A stretch of DNA of 64,000 bases from an uncultured bacterium (GTDB lineage Bacteria > Margulisbacteria > Marinamargulisbacteria > SXXA01), in contig CAIPHK010000004.1 in NCBI GenBank assembly GCA_903864835.1, forward strand, positions 64,448 to 128,447, given 5' to 3'. The notes under the pieces were generated by a model that did not search any database, was not told the origin of the DNA, and saw only the letters and a program-made list of their open reading frames with translations. Shown piece by piece: positions 1-9,626 of the stretch (its first letter is position 1; each line of letters opens with the position of its first letter). Made by a program: the position numbers and the translations under genes.

Positions 1-215
1 TGTCGGTAGGTGCCTTTGAACGTATGAACGAGCCCGTCGGCATTGGTCATTTCGCAATGAAAAAGTCCGCCAGTTTTAAGGTCGTTGATCACAAAACTGG
101 TCCATGATTGTTTGGGGAAAAACCAGCGGGAAAGGATCTCGGATTGGGTCCATGCAGCGTAAAGCTGTTCGGGGGTGGCGTTAAATTGTTGCTGAATGGT
201 GACGGGAGCTAACAC
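1..215 (-). CDS. Partial (5' part only) SRPBCC / Aha1-domain family protein; a GTG start at 215 sits one nucleotide from the aroC stop.
   Basis: Minus-strand translation reads VLAPVTIQQQFNATPEQLYAAWTQSEILSRWF...GTYR and runs off the window edge. It resembles the AHSA1/SRPBCC ligand-binding fold. It is absent from the ORF track because it has no stop in the window. Confidence 0.45.
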   Translation of the reverse strand, partial: MLAPVTIQQQFNATPEQLYAAWTQSEILSRWFFPKQSWTSFVINDLKTGGLFHCEMTNADGLVHTFKGTYR

Positions 216-1294
216 ATCGCCCGCCGACCCGCGGTTATCGATTCCTGAATCAACCAACAATCCATAATCGTCAGTGCAGTCATGGCTTCGATTACTGGAA
301 CCACCCGTGGGCAAATACAGGGATCATGCCGACCGTGTACTTCGATGACTTCCGCCTCATTATCCACGGTGACAGTATTTTGCGCCTTACTAATCGAGGA
401 TGCGGGTTTAATCGCGACCCGAAAGAGGATGGGTTCCCCGCTGGAAATTCCACCCAAAATTCCACCGGCGTGGTTGGTGGCTGTAGTCACGGACTCACCA
501 TCCATGACAAATGCATCGTTGTTATGTGAGCCGCGATTCAACGTGGCGGCAAAGCCGTCGCCAAATTCGATACCCTTGGTGGTGCCGATCGACAACATGG
601 CATGGGCCAATCTCGCGTCTAATTTGTCAAATACAGGATCGCCGAGTCCGATGGGGCACCCGGTAACGACGGTTTCGATGACCCCGCCGATCGAGTCGCC
701 ATCGTCGCGGACGGATTCGATGAGCTGGATCATCTCGACCGCTTTGATGGGATCTGGACATCGCACGATATTGCGTTCAATTTCGTCCAAATCAACGGTT
801 TCGGCCCGAACGTTACCGACGGATAATGTATAAGATGTAATTTTAACGCCGACTACCGCCAAAAACTTTTTGGCAATGGCACCGGCTGCCACACGAGATG
901 CGGTTTCCCGACCGGAGGATCGCCCGCCACCCCGATAGTCCCGAATGCCATATTTATGATGGAACGTATAATCTGCGTGGCCGGGGCGAAATACGTCTTT
1001 AATGTTGGAGTAATCTTTACTGCGTTGATCGGCATTGCGGATAAGAAGTGCAATCGGTGCGCCGGTGGTAAGGCCTTCAAATACACCCGACAAAATTTCG
1101 ACTTGGTCGGCTTCTTGTCTCGGTGTAGTGACGCTGCTTTGTCCTGGGCGTCGACGGTCCAATTCGACTTGAATATCGGCCTCTGCCAAGGGAAGCATGG
1201 GGGGAACCCCATCGATGACGACGCCCACTCCAGGACCGTGGCTTTCACCGAAGGTGGTGAGATGAAGATGGGTGCCAAACGAACTTCCGGGCAT
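209..1294 (-). CDS. aroC: Chorismate synthase.
   Basis: 361 aa with the signature N-terminus GxxFGxxLxxTTFGESHG and an FMN-binding region. The stop codon is TAG. Confidence 0.95.
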   Translation of the reverse strand: MPGSSFGTHLHLTTFGESHGPGVGVVIDGVPPMLPLAEADIQVELDRRRPGQSSVTTPRQEADQVEILSGVFEGLTTGAPIALLIRNADQRSKDYSNIKDVFRPGHADYTFHHKYGIRDYRGGGRSSGRETASRVAAGAIAKKFLAVVGVKITSYTLSVGNVRAETVDLDEIERNIVRCPDPIKAVEMIQLIESVRDDGDSIGGVIETVVTGCPIGLGDPVFDKLDARLAHAMLSIGTTKGIEFGDGFAATLNRGSHNNDAFVMDGESVTTATNHAGGILGGISSGEPILFRVAIKPASSISKAQNTVTVDNEAEVIEVHGRHDPCICPRVVPVIEAMTALTIMDCWLIQESITAGRRAMC

Positions 1295-1305
1295 GATGTT
1301 GTCTC

Positions 1306-1824
1306 CTAAGTCTTTTCTTTACCCCGAGCCATGACAATCTTGCCGGTCCGCACAAGTTCAATAATCCCGTAGGTCGCTAAGAATTCCATCATAGCATCCA
1401 GTTTTTCGGTGCTGCCAGTGGCTTGGATGATCACAGAATGGGCCGTGATGTCCACCGTGAGTGCCTTAAAATGCTGAACGACTTGCAATACTTCACTCGT
1501 ATTTTCAGGAGTAATTTTGACTTTGATCAAGGCCAATTCTTTTTGGACGGCAGTTTGATCGCGATGCTCGGTGGCATGGACCACATCCACCAATTTGCTG
1601 GCTTGTTTGATAATTTGATCCAGGATGGCTGGGTTGCCCTGCGCCGTTATGGTCATCCGTGAAAAACGACCGTCGAGGGTAGGGGAGACCACCAGTGATT
1701 CAATATTAAATCCCCGACGTGAAAAAATTAGGGAAATCCGAAGGAGCACCCCCGGCTTATTGGCGACCAATAAGCTAATGGTATGGCTGGTATCCCGGGT
1801 AATGAGCGGTAGATTGGCAGTCAT
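1306..1824 (-). CDS. ilvN: Acetolactate synthase small (regulatory) subunit.
   Basis: 172 aa with an ACT domain followed by the ALS small-subunit C-terminal domain. It lies immediately downstream of ilvB with a 1-nt spacer. Confidence 0.9.
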   Translation of the reverse strand: MTANLPLITRDTSHTISLLVANKPGVLLRISLIFSRRGFNIESLVVSPTLDGRFSRMTITAQGNPAILDQIIKQASKLVDVVHATEHRDQTAVQKELALIKVKITPENTSEVLQVVQHFKALTVDITAHSVIIQATGSTEKLDAMMEFLATYGIIELVRTGKIVMARGKEKT

Positions 1825-3546
1825 TTAGGTACTTCCTTTCGGTTTTTCCAATTTAATTTTGGGGGGGTCAATAATCATCTCATCGGCGGTTCCACCGGCG
1901 GGAATCATGGGGAATACATTATCTTCCTTGATTACTTCGGCGTGAATCAGGCAGGGGCCATCGGAGTAGGCCAACGCTTTTGCCAACACTTTTCGAACGT
2001 CGGCAGCCCGTTTAATGCGGAATCCCTTGACCCCATAGGCTTCGGCCAATTTAACAAAATCGGGATTGCCTTCGAGGTCGACGCCGGACAAGCGGTCATC
2101 ATAAAAAAGTTGTTGCCACTGCCGAACCATCCCCAAATATTTGTTATCGATGACCACGATTTTGAGGGGTAATTTATGAATGGCCGCTGTGGACAATTCA
2201 AATGCCGTCATTTGAAATCCGCCGTCTCCGACGATCGCAATAACGGTTTCTTTCGGTTGGCCAAATTGGGCACCGATCGCTGCAGGAAATCCAAATCCCA
2301 TGGTGCCTGCACCGCCGGAGCTGAGCCAGGTTCTGGGTTTATGGGTTTTGAAAAATTGTGCGGCCCACATTTGGTGTTGGCCAACGTCGGTGGTGACGAT
2401 GGCGTCGCCCTTGGTTAGTTTATAAAGTTCGTCGATAACATGTTGGGCTTTGAGTCCGCCGGTTTTTTTGTAGGTGAGGGGAAACTTCCGTTTATATTGA
2501 TCAACTTCTTTGATCCAGTCCTTGGTATTGAGTTTCTCAATCATGGGAAGGAGATCCTGAAGTACCAATTTGGCATCCCCCACCACGCTGGCATCGGGAA
2601 CCACAATTTTATTGATTTCGGCAGGATCGATATCGATATGAAGTTTGATCGCGTCGGGGCAAAATCGTTCTATTTTACCGGGCGTAATCCGGTCATCCCA
2701 TCGGGATCCAATCGAAAAAATAAGGTCGCAGCGGGCGAGGGCTTTGTTGGCGTAGGCCGTGCCGTGCATCCCCAACATCCCCAACGATAACGGATGGTTT
2801 TCCGGGAAGGTTCCTTTACCGATCAGTGTATTTACTACTGGGGCATTGAGGGTTTCCGCCAACTTTTTGACTTCGGCACTGGCTCCAGCGATTTCCGCTC
2901 CGTGGCCGACCAATAACAAGGGTCGTTTGGAATGCTTCAAAAATGAGGCCAATTTCTGGATATCTTTTTTATTTCCAGTGGTGGGAAATGAATACCCGGG
3001 AATATCCATTTCGATGTTCCCAGTGGATGCTGTTGACGGGCCGCCAGTGATGTCTTTGGGGAGATCAATAAGGACCGGGCCGGGGCGACCGGTATTACAG
3101 ATATGGAAGGCTTCTTCGACAATGCGCGGAATATCGTTGGCGTCTTTAACGAGGTAGCTGTGTTTAACAATCGGGGCGGTAATTCCAAATACGTCCGCTT
3201 CTTGAAACGCGTCTTTGCCTAACGATGCAGTAATGGTTTGTCCGCATAGAACGATCATCGGAACTGAATCCATGTTGGCGGTAATGATGCCGGTAACGGT
3301 GTTGGTGGCTCCTGGTCCGCTGGTAACTAAGACTACCCCCGGTTTTCCGGTTGCCCGTGCATATCCATCGGCGATATGGGTGGCACCTTGTTCATGACGT
3401 ACTAGGACCAGTTTGATTTTGGAGTCGACGAGCGCATCGAATATGGGGATGGCTGCCCCACCGGGATACCCGAAAATGATGTCGACGCCTTTTTGTTCGA
3501 GGCATCGGATCAGGGATTCGGCACCAGTTAGTGTTTTTTTAGTCAT
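1825..3546 (-). CDS. ilvB: Acetolactate synthase large catalytic subunit (ThDP- and FAD-dependent).
   Basis: 573 aa with TPP-enzyme N, central and C domains, including the GDGGFQM ThDP-binding motif. The RBS aagagg precedes the ATG. Confidence 0.95.
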   Translation of the reverse strand: MTKKTLTGAESLIRCLEQKGVDIIFGYPGGAAIPIFDALVDSKIKLVLVRHEQGATHIADGYARATGKPGVVLVTSGPGATNTVTGIITANMDSVPMIVLCGQTITASLGKDAFQEADVFGITAPIVKHSYLVKDANDIPRIVEEAFHICNTGRPGPVLIDLPKDITGGPSTASTGNIEMDIPGYSFPTTGNKKDIQKLASFLKHSKRPLLLVGHGAEIAGASAEVKKLAETLNAPVVNTLIGKGTFPENHPLSLGMLGMHGTAYANKALARCDLIFSIGSRWDDRITPGKIERFCPDAIKLHIDIDPAEINKIVVPDASVVGDAKLVLQDLLPMIEKLNTKDWIKEVDQYKRKFPLTYKKTGGLKAQHVIDELYKLTKGDAIVTTDVGQHQMWAAQFFKTHKPRTWLSSGGAGTMGFGFPAAIGAQFGQPKETVIAIVGDGGFQMTAFELSTAAIHKLPLKIVVIDNKYLGMVRQWQQLFYDDRLSGVDLEGNPDFVKLAEAYGVKGFRIKRAADVRKVLAKALAYSDGPCLIHAEVIKEDNVFPMIPAGGTADEMIIDPPKIKLEKPKGST

Positions 3547-3549
3547 ATT

Positions 3550-3730
3550 TTGACCTCTTTTTTATGTAATTGAGTGAATTTTAACATAAAGAAAGAGGTG
3601 ATATATATCTAATATTTCTTGTTTGTTGTGTGTTTGTGTAATTTTTAGTTGCGTTGTGCGTTTGTGTGGTGAAACTTATGTGTATGTAGGAGTTTTTGTC
3701 GAATTTTTTACAATTTATTGAATTGTGATG
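3550..3730 (-). promoter_or_regulatory. Low-complexity leader/promoter region of ilvBN. On the transcribed strand it is a CA-rich, AC-repeat-like tract upstream of the RBS.
   Basis: The plus strand is GT-rich (gtgtgtttgtgtaattttt...gtgcgtttgtgtggtg), so the ilvB mRNA leader is (CA)n-rich. No Val/Leu/Ile-rich leader peptide is evident. Confidence 0.3.
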
Positions 3731-3732
3731 TC

Positions 3733-5097
3733 CTATTTTATGAATACTTTGTCGACGTCTGCGTCTCGTATTTTAGAGAGGCTCGTCAATAGGTCCTTGG
3801 GGGACATGCTCTCATTAAATTTAATTAACTTCAGCTCTCCTAAGACTTTGAGGAACGTTATATCCACTTTATCCGGCTTGAATTCGGGTTCATTTAGCTT
3901 CGCTATTAAATCTCGAGTTGTGGTTTTGAAGAATTTTGTCGCGGCCTCAGCCTTTTCCGGCCGCTTCATGTGAATGTCTTTAATTGTATTGAATAGCTTG
4001 ACGCCGGCTTTAATGCCCAGACTTAAGGCGACGACCCCAATTAATAGAATGGGTCCCGCGAGAGCGCCTACGCCCCCCAATACGGAGCCTCCGATAGTTC
4101 CGGCGATAAGGACTCCTGTTCCAAGGACCACGGTCGTGCTCTCAATTGCAATTGAGACTTTGTGAGCCTGAATATTGTGGGTGGTTTGGGTAATCGCAGA
4201 TTCAATATGGGTCCCCATCTGGCTCAGCCGTTGTTGTTGGTCTTCGGATAATGCAGAGTCGCGGGTCGAGGTAATGACCATTGCAGAATTGAGTCCATTC
4301 AGCTGATTTGTAGCGGTATTGAGATCGACTATCGCGATTACTAAGTTAGCCGCGGAAATTCCGATACCGACTCCCGCGACACAAAGACCAGCAACGCCGT
4401 CGAGTGCCGACAATGAACTCGCAAAATCTTTAATATACCCCGCCCCCGCAAGTCCTACGTCTACCGCTTGCGCTATCGTGCCGGCCTTTCCGAATAGATC
4501 AGCGCCATCGAGTGCGGCCAAAGATCCGTGATTAGTTGCAATCGGTTTATCTAAAATTGATTCTCGGGTTTTATACCCCATTATCTTAGAAAGAGATTCG
4601 GAAACACTTAAGCCCTTATACCCGCCGACATACGTTTTTAGCGAATGGGCGGCCAGTGTAAGCCCCATTGGGGGTTCAACGGGCCGCACTTCGGTGGAGC
4701 GCATGGCGGATATCGCTGCCCTACGCGTTTTTGGTAAGGTAGTTCTGATAGGTTCGCGTTCGGAAGATTTTTTTGTGGGCTTACTCAACATGGGTGCGGA
4801 GTTAGTGCGTGTGAGTACCTGATTCTCAGGTTTGAGTAGGGTTTCTGATTGGCTTTTTGTCAGTGGAGGACGTCCATTTGCCTCAGTGGGCACCATAGTG
4901 GCCAACCCCTCACTGAAGGCGGCGAGCGGCCTCGCTGTGTGAAGAGTGGATGTTCCTGGAGCGCTTATTGCGGCGAGACCCGTGAGTTTGGGGGCCGCAG
5001 CCTCTGTAGTCGGCGCAGATCTTGGAGGAACCGACGGCGCAGATCCTATCTGTCTCGAACCCGATTGCCCCCCCATATACTTCCGATCCTCCCCCAA
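3733..5097 (-). CDS. Hypothetical protein with no recognisable domain. It has a long Pro/Ser/Thr/Ala-rich, disordered-looking N-terminal half and a Gly-rich transmembrane segment near the C-terminal third.
   Basis: The 454-aa ORF has coherent coding composition. A hydrophobic stretch reads VVLGTGVLIAGTIGGSVLGGVGALAGPILLIGVVALSLGI. Confidence 0.5.
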   Translation of the reverse strand: MGEDRKYMGGQSGSRQIGSAPSVPPRSAPTTEAAAPKLTGLAAISAPGTSTLHTARPLAAFSEGLATMVPTEANGRPPLTKSQSETLLKPENQVLTRTNSAPMLSKPTKKSSEREPIRTTLPKTRRAAISAMRSTEVRPVEPPMGLTLAAHSLKTYVGGYKGLSVSESLSKIMGYKTRESILDKPIATNHGSLAALDGADLFGKAGTIAQAVDVGLAGAGYIKDFASSLSALDGVAGLCVAGVGIGISAANLVIAIVDLNTATNQLNGLNSAMVITSTRDSALSEDQQQRLSQMGTHIESAITQTTHNIQAHKVSIAIESTTVVLGTGVLIAGTIGGSVLGGVGALAGPILLIGVVALSLGIKAGVKLFNTIKDIHMKRPEKAEAATKFFKTTTRDLIAKLNEPEFKPDKVDITFLKVLGELKLIKFNESMSPKDLLTSLSKIRDADVDKVFIK

Positions 5098-5216
5098 GGC
5101 GTCTGTAATCTAATGCAAGGCAATTCCCCCATTATGGAGGTTTTAAACTTACTCTTTTTACCCAGGATTTAGGGTATAATTCCCCCATCTTCTAATCAAA
5201 ATGAGGTCATTCCACT

Positions 5217-5612
5217 ATGAAACTCCCCGTCATAATCCATAAAGCCCCTAACGGAAAAATCCAGTCGATTGAGTATTCGCCGGGTGGATCTGAAGTTGCA
5301 TTGACTGAATTGCATGCGATATCACCGGATCAATTGCCTTGGGAGGGTGTGACCGATTTTCAACGTCGGGTCTATAGGGAATTGATGACGGTGCCTGCGG
5401 GGACCACCGTGTCGTATCAAGAGTTGGCGGCTCGGGTGGGGAATCCAAACGGCGCTCGGGCGATCGGTCATGCGGTGGCCCGCAATCCGTTTCTTTTTGT
5501 GGTGCCTTGCCACCGGGTGATTAAAAGTGACGGCGGGTTGGGTGGGTTTGCTTGTGGGCTTGAGGTTAAAAAACGGTTACTGGCGTTTGAGGCGGGGCGG
5601 GGGGCGTTTTAA
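5217..5612 (+). CDS. ogt: Methylated-DNA--protein-cysteine methyltransferase (O6-alkylguanine transferase).
   Basis: 131 aa with the active-site motif PCHRV and a DNA-binding helix-turn-wing. A 9-bp-stem hairpin ccccctctc...gagaggggg follows the stop at 5640 to 5690. Confidence 0.9.
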   Translation: MKLPVIIHKAPNGKIQSIEYSPGGSEVALTELHAISPDQLPWEGVTDFQRRVYRELMTVPAGTTVSYQELAARVGNPNGARAIGHAVARNPFLFVVPCHRVIKSDGGLGGFACGLEVKKRLLAFEAGRGAF

Positions 5613-5720
5613 GGTAACGGTTCGTTTGCCGTTGCACTCACAAGGATTTTCACCCCCTCTCTGCATACAAAGTGGGTGGAGAGGGGGCAGGGGGTGAGGT
5701 TACTTAATGTAACGATCCAT

Positions 5721-5849
5721 TTACTTCGTGGAGCCTAAGCCAGTGGAGGCCTTGCTCGATTTTTTGTCGCGTTTGGCGGCCTTTTTTTCTTTAGGAGATA
5801 GTGCTGCCACTTTCTTGATGTCCTTCTTCTTATCTTGTCCCTTTGCCAT
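5721..5849 (-). CDS. Small, highly basic 42-aa protein (MAKGQDKKKDIKKVAALSPKEKKAAKRDKKSSKASTGLGSTK). It is not in the ORF track because it is under 60 aa.
   Basis: An ATG with the RBS ggag 9 nt upstream on the minus strand, a TAA stop, and a Lys-rich composition. Confidence 0.35.
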   Translation of the reverse strand: MAKGQDKKKDIKKVAALSPKEKKAAKRDKKSSKASTGLGSTK

Positions 5850-5916
5850 AAATGATTAACTCCTCATTGGATTTTTTTCAGAGAACGCAGGGAGTGTATC
5901 ACGGGGGTGGAGGGAA

Positions 5917-6795
5917 TTACGCCTTCAGTTGTCGAATGATATTCTCAATCTGCGCCACCTCCGCCTCAGTCGCAGGCACCAACGGCAACCGTGGCTGGCC
6001 GACGTTAAACCCGGATATGGTCAACGCCGCTTTCAACGGTGTGGGATTGGATGTGATAAATAGCACATCAAACACAGGTTTTAACTCCGTTTCAATTTGA
6101 CGCGCTTTGTCTTTATCGCCGGCGACAAACGCCGCAATCATCTCGGCCATCTGTTTTCCAACGATGTGTGCCGCCACCGACACTACGCCGACAGCGCCAC
6201 ATTCCATAAAATCGAGGGTTAACCCGTCGTCCCCCGAATAAATAATAAACTCAGCGGGCGTTACGTCGCGTATTTTTTGGGCTTGGTCGACGCTGCCGGC
6301 AGATTCCTTGATCCCAATAATCGTCGGAATTTCGGCCAATCGGGCGATGGTTTCTGGTTCTAGATTTCGACCCGTTCGGCCGGGGATATTGTACAAAATA
6401 ACCGGTAAATCAGTGGCCTCAGCAACCGCCTTAAAATGCTGATAGCAGCCTTCTTGCGAGGGGCGGTTGTAATAAGGTACCACTTGCAATACCCCGTCGA
6501 CGCCCAGGTCGGCCGCTTCTCGGGTGGATTCGACGGCGGTGCGAGTGCAATTCGACCCCGTGCCAGCAATAATTTTCTTTGTAGGAAACGCATCTCGAAT
6601 CGTTTTGAATAATTGGAACTCTTCATCGTGAGTCAGGGTAGGGGATTCGCCGGTGGTTCCTGCCAATACGATGGCGTCGGACCCTGTGTCATACAGGTGT
6701 TGGGCGAGGCGGATGGCCTCCGAATAATTGACGTCCCCGTTGTGATCAAATGGGGTCGCCATTGCAGTAATAATTCGGCCAAATTCAAGCGTCAT
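5917..6795 (-). CDS. dapA: 4-hydroxy-tetrahydrodipicolinate synthase.
   Basis: DapA/NAL family with the Schiff-base lysine region and the GTTGE motif. The preferred start is ATG at 6795 (MTLEFGRI...), which has the RBS agagga. The track ORF extends to 6849. Confidence 0.9.
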   Translation of the reverse strand: MTLEFGRIITAMATPFDHNGDVNYSEAIRLAQHLYDTGSDAIVLAGTTGESPTLTHDEEFQLFKTIRDAFPTKKIIAGTGSNCTRTAVESTREAADLGVDGVLQVVPYYNRPSQEGCYQHFKAVAEATDLPVILYNIPGRTGRNLEPETIARLAEIPTIIGIKESAGSVDQAQKIRDVTPAEFIIYSGDDGLTLDFMECGAVGVVSVAAHIVGKQMAEMIAAFVAGDKDKARQIETELKPVFDVLFITSNPTPLKAALTISGFNVGQPRLPLVPATEAEVAQIENIIRQLKA

Positions 6796-7960
6796 GTAAA
6801 ATTCCTCTTTCGGGCTGGAGTTCAAATAGACTATCAGTGGACGGAACATGGTGGGACGGGTCGTATTGGGTACTCAATTTATCGAGACGCCGTTCGATGG
6901 TCCGTGTTTTTCGGGTGGCGTCTTCGATGCTTTGCCCGGCTTCATGAAGTTTTTTCTGGGTTTTTTCTAATAATGCCCCAAATTTTCCAAATTCGCCTTG
7001 GATTACCGTCAGCAGTTGCCATACTTCCCCAGTGCGTTTTTCAATCGCCAAGGTCTTGAACCCCAGTTGCAAGCTGCTCATGATGGCGGCCAGGGTGGTT
7101 GGGCCAGCAATAATAACTCGGTATTGAGATTGAAGGAGATCTTGCAATCCCCCCAATCGGAGCGCCTCAGCAAACAACCCCTCGGTGGGCAAAAACATGA
7201 TCGCAAAATCGGTACTAAAAGGAGGATGAATATATTTTTGGGCAATGGACTTGGCCTGAATTTTTAACGTGGCGTCTAGCTCTTTATGGGCCGCATCGAT
7301 GGCGTCTTGATTTCCATCGTCGATAGCGGTGATTAGCCTATGGTAGGATTCTTGAGGAAATTTTGAATCAATGGGAAGCCAGACGTTGTCCCGGTCGGTT
7401 TTCCCGGGGAGTTTAATTGCATAGTCCACAAAATCGGTTCCATTGGGAATGATTTTGATGTTTTTGGCATATTGATCTGGGGTCATCACCTGTTCAAGCA
7501 ATGCGCCAAGCTGGACTTCGCCCCAAGTTCCTCGGGTTTTGACGTTGGTGAGCACTCGCTTTAAGTCGCCGACCCCTTGCGCCAATTGTTGCATTTCGCC
7601 GAGCCCTTTGTGGACTTGTTCTAATCGATCCGACATCAGTTTGTAGGTCTCGCCCAACCGTTTTTCAAGAGTGGTCTGGAGTTTTTCGTCGACCGTTACC
7701 CGGATGTGCTCCAACTTGAGAGCCGTATCGCTCTGAATATCTGTGAGTTTTTTTTCAATAGTATTATTTAATGCCATGACCTGATTCGAAAATAATTCAA
7801 TCAGATGCTGTTGGCGGGTCAAATGGGCCACAAGCGTCGTCGACGTTTGCGTCCCTTGCGATTGCGTCGCTGTGCGAATATCGTCGCGAAGCTGCTTTGA
7901 AATCACCAACACCAAGCCAAACCCCAGCGCTGTAATAATAAGGACGGTTACTATTACCAT
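6785..7960 (-). CDS. rmuC: DNA recombination protein RmuC.
   Basis: 391 aa with an N-terminal TM segment, coiled-coil regions, and a C-terminal RmuC nuclease-like domain. Confidence 0.8.
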   Translation of the reverse strand: MVIVTVLIITALGFGLVLVISKQLRDDIRTATQSQGTQTSTTLVAHLTRQQHLIELFSNQVMALNNTIEKKLTDIQSDTALKLEHIRVTVDEKLQTTLEKRLGETYKLMSDRLEQVHKGLGEMQQLAQGVGDLKRVLTNVKTRGTWGEVQLGALLEQVMTPDQYAKNIKIIPNGTDFVDYAIKLPGKTDRDNVWLPIDSKFPQESYHRLITAIDDGNQDAIDAAHKELDATLKIQAKSIAQKYIHPPFSTDFAIMFLPTEGLFAEALRLGGLQDLLQSQYRVIIAGPTTLAAIMSSLQLGFKTLAIEKRTGEVWQLLTVIQGEFGKFGALLEKTQKKLHEAGQSIEDATRKTRTIERRLDKLSTQYDPSHHVPSTDSLFELQPERGILHDA

Positions 7961-7985
7961 TTGTTGATACCGTTGGGTTGAAATA

Positions 7986-8061
7986 TGGGGTGAACGATGG
8001 GAATTGAACCCACGACCACCAGAGCCACAATCTGGTGCTCTACCCCTGAGCTACGTCCACC
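7986..8061 (-). tRNA. tRNA-His (anticodon GTG).
   Basis: The reverse complement folds as a cloverleaf. The anticodon loop is cagattGTGgctctg, the T-loop is GGTTCAATTCC, and the 3' CCA is encoded. The extra 5' G(-1) characteristic of tRNA-His is present. Confidence 0.85.
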
Positions 8062-8202
8062 ATTTTCGATGTGTCGGCCGTCATAGTCTACTGGGCCATT
8101 CACGAAGGCGCAATAGGGGGGCGAAATAGGTTAGGGTCGGGTAATTCTGCGTGGTATCATTTCGAAAATATTATTCTCAATTTTTTGACCGGGAGACACC
8201 GT

Positions 8203-8841
8203 ATGAACACTGTTACACAATCGATTGTGACCCATTTTGGGGCGTCGCTGGATGCGTTGTATCGCTATGGGCGCCAGGAGCTTCCTCGTTTCCGATCCGA
8301 TGAGGTCCATTTATTAGCGGTTGTTTCGAACACCGAAATCTTATTGAACGATTACAAAGTCCCGTTCCTCAAGAAAATTCATTCGCTACAAGTGTTTACT
8401 TCGGCTGAATTGAACCGATCGTTGGATGTATTTCCTCTGGAATTTTTGGATATGAAATTGGACAGAGAATTAATCGTTGGAACCGATGTGTTAGCGTCCA
8501 TTGAAGTGGCCATTCACAATGTGCGTCACCAGGCCGAATTTTCCTTGAGATCCACTCTCCTTCGAGCGAGACAAGCCGCCTTACTGACCCCCAAGGACCA
8601 ACGAGGAGTGGTCGGGAACAGTGCGTCAGACGTTGTGCGGAGCTTGCGGGGACTCTTAAACATGCTTCATGGCAAGGCATTAAAAACGCCGGAGGAAGTG
8701 GTTCTTGCGACCGAAGAATGGACCTCAAAGGCATTGCCCATTTTAAGGAATCTTCTGGAGTCAGATCGGCCCGGTGCCATTGATTTTTCTGCCTACCGTA
8801 AAGAAATTGAGGTGTTGGTTGATCGGATTGATGCCCTATGA
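8203..8841 (+). CDS. Hypothetical protein. It is the first gene of an operon with the TPM and LemA genes, and its TGA stop overlaps the next ATG as ATGA.
   Basis: The ATG at 8203 has the RBS gggaga. The track ORF begins at 8071. No domain is recognised. Confidence 0.5.
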   Translation: MNTVTQSIVTHFGASLDALYRYGRQELPRFRSDEVHLLAVVSNTEILLNDYKVPFLKKIHSLQVFTSAELNRSLDVFPLEFLDMKLDRELIVGTDVLASIEVAIHNVRHQAEFSLRSTLLRARQAALLTPKDQRGVVGNSASDVVRSLRGLLNMLHGKALKTPEEVVLATEEWTSKALPILRNLLESDRPGAIDFSAYRKEIEVLVDRIDAL

Positions 8842-9575
8842 TTTCTCGATTTAGGTTGAGAGTTTGGGTTGGGATTGCGGTCGCCTTAGTACTGGCGATT
8901 CCTGTTTTTTCCGCGACGGGCCTTCATGGATATGTCACCGACGAAATGGGGGCGTTGACTCCTGAATCGATGGCGCGGATGACTGCAATTTCTGAAGAAT
9001 TAAAACAGAAAACGGGCGTTGAGCTTGCAACTTATCTTCCGAAGTCCATCGGGGATTCCTCTATTGAAGAATTTGCGGAAACCGCGTTTGCATCCGCTAA
9101 AATTGGAGAAAAAGGAAAAGACAATGGGGTCCTGTTGGTATTGGCACTCAACGAACGTAAAGTCCGAATTGAAGTGGGCTATGGATTAGAAGGCGCTCTC
9201 CCGGACGGCAAAGCGGGAGAATTAATTCGTGAATTGATCGTCCCTCGTATGAAGGCCAAAAAAGTAAGCGAAGCGGTAGAGGCCGGTCATTTTGGGATTG
9301 CGTATCATATCGCCGCTCAGGAAGGCGTTACCCTAACCGGTAAACCGAAGTTGTCCCAGGTGCGGGCTCCCGGAAAGTCACTTGGGTTTTGGATATTGGC
9401 GGTATTTTTATTGTTGATATTTGGTGGTGGGGGGCGGTGGCTGCCGTGGATGATCTTGGGGGCGGCACTTCCACGGGATCGGTTTGGCGGCGGTGGATTC
9501 GGCGGTGGCGGGGGCGGATTTGGTGGGTTTGGGGGCGGGTCGTCCGGCGGGGGTGGTGCAAGTGGAAGTTGGTAG
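8838..9575 (+). CDS. TPM-domain (TLP18.3/Psb32/MOLO-1, YgcG-like) protein with a TM segment and a Gly-rich C-terminal tail.
   Basis: Signal/TM segment at the N-terminus, a TPM phosphatase-like domain, a TM helix, then a GGGFGGGGGGFGGFGGGSSGGGG tail. This is the typical partner of LemA. Confidence 0.85.
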   Translation: MISRFRLRVWVGIAVALVLAIPVFSATGLHGYVTDEMGALTPESMARMTAISEELKQKTGVELATYLPKSIGDSSIEEFAETAFASAKIGEKGKDNGVLLVLALNERKVRIEVGYGLEGALPDGKAGELIRELIVPRMKAKKVSEAVEAGHFGIAYHIAAQEGVTLTGKPKLSQVRAPGKSLGFWILAVFLLLIFGGGGRWLPWMILGAALPRDRFGGGGFGGGGGGFGGFGGGSSGGGGASGSW

Positions 9576-9626
9576 ATATACTTATTTTTCATCAGTCTTA
9601 GACTCAATTTGGAGGGTACTATAATT

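Noticed and set aside
282-1309. Plus-strand ORFs (282..833, 326..529, 956..1309) and minus-strand 853..1278, all nested in aroC.
   Set aside because: They lie entirely within the well-supported chorismate synthase gene and have low-complexity, Arg/Ser/Pro-skewed translations typical of out-of-frame artefacts.
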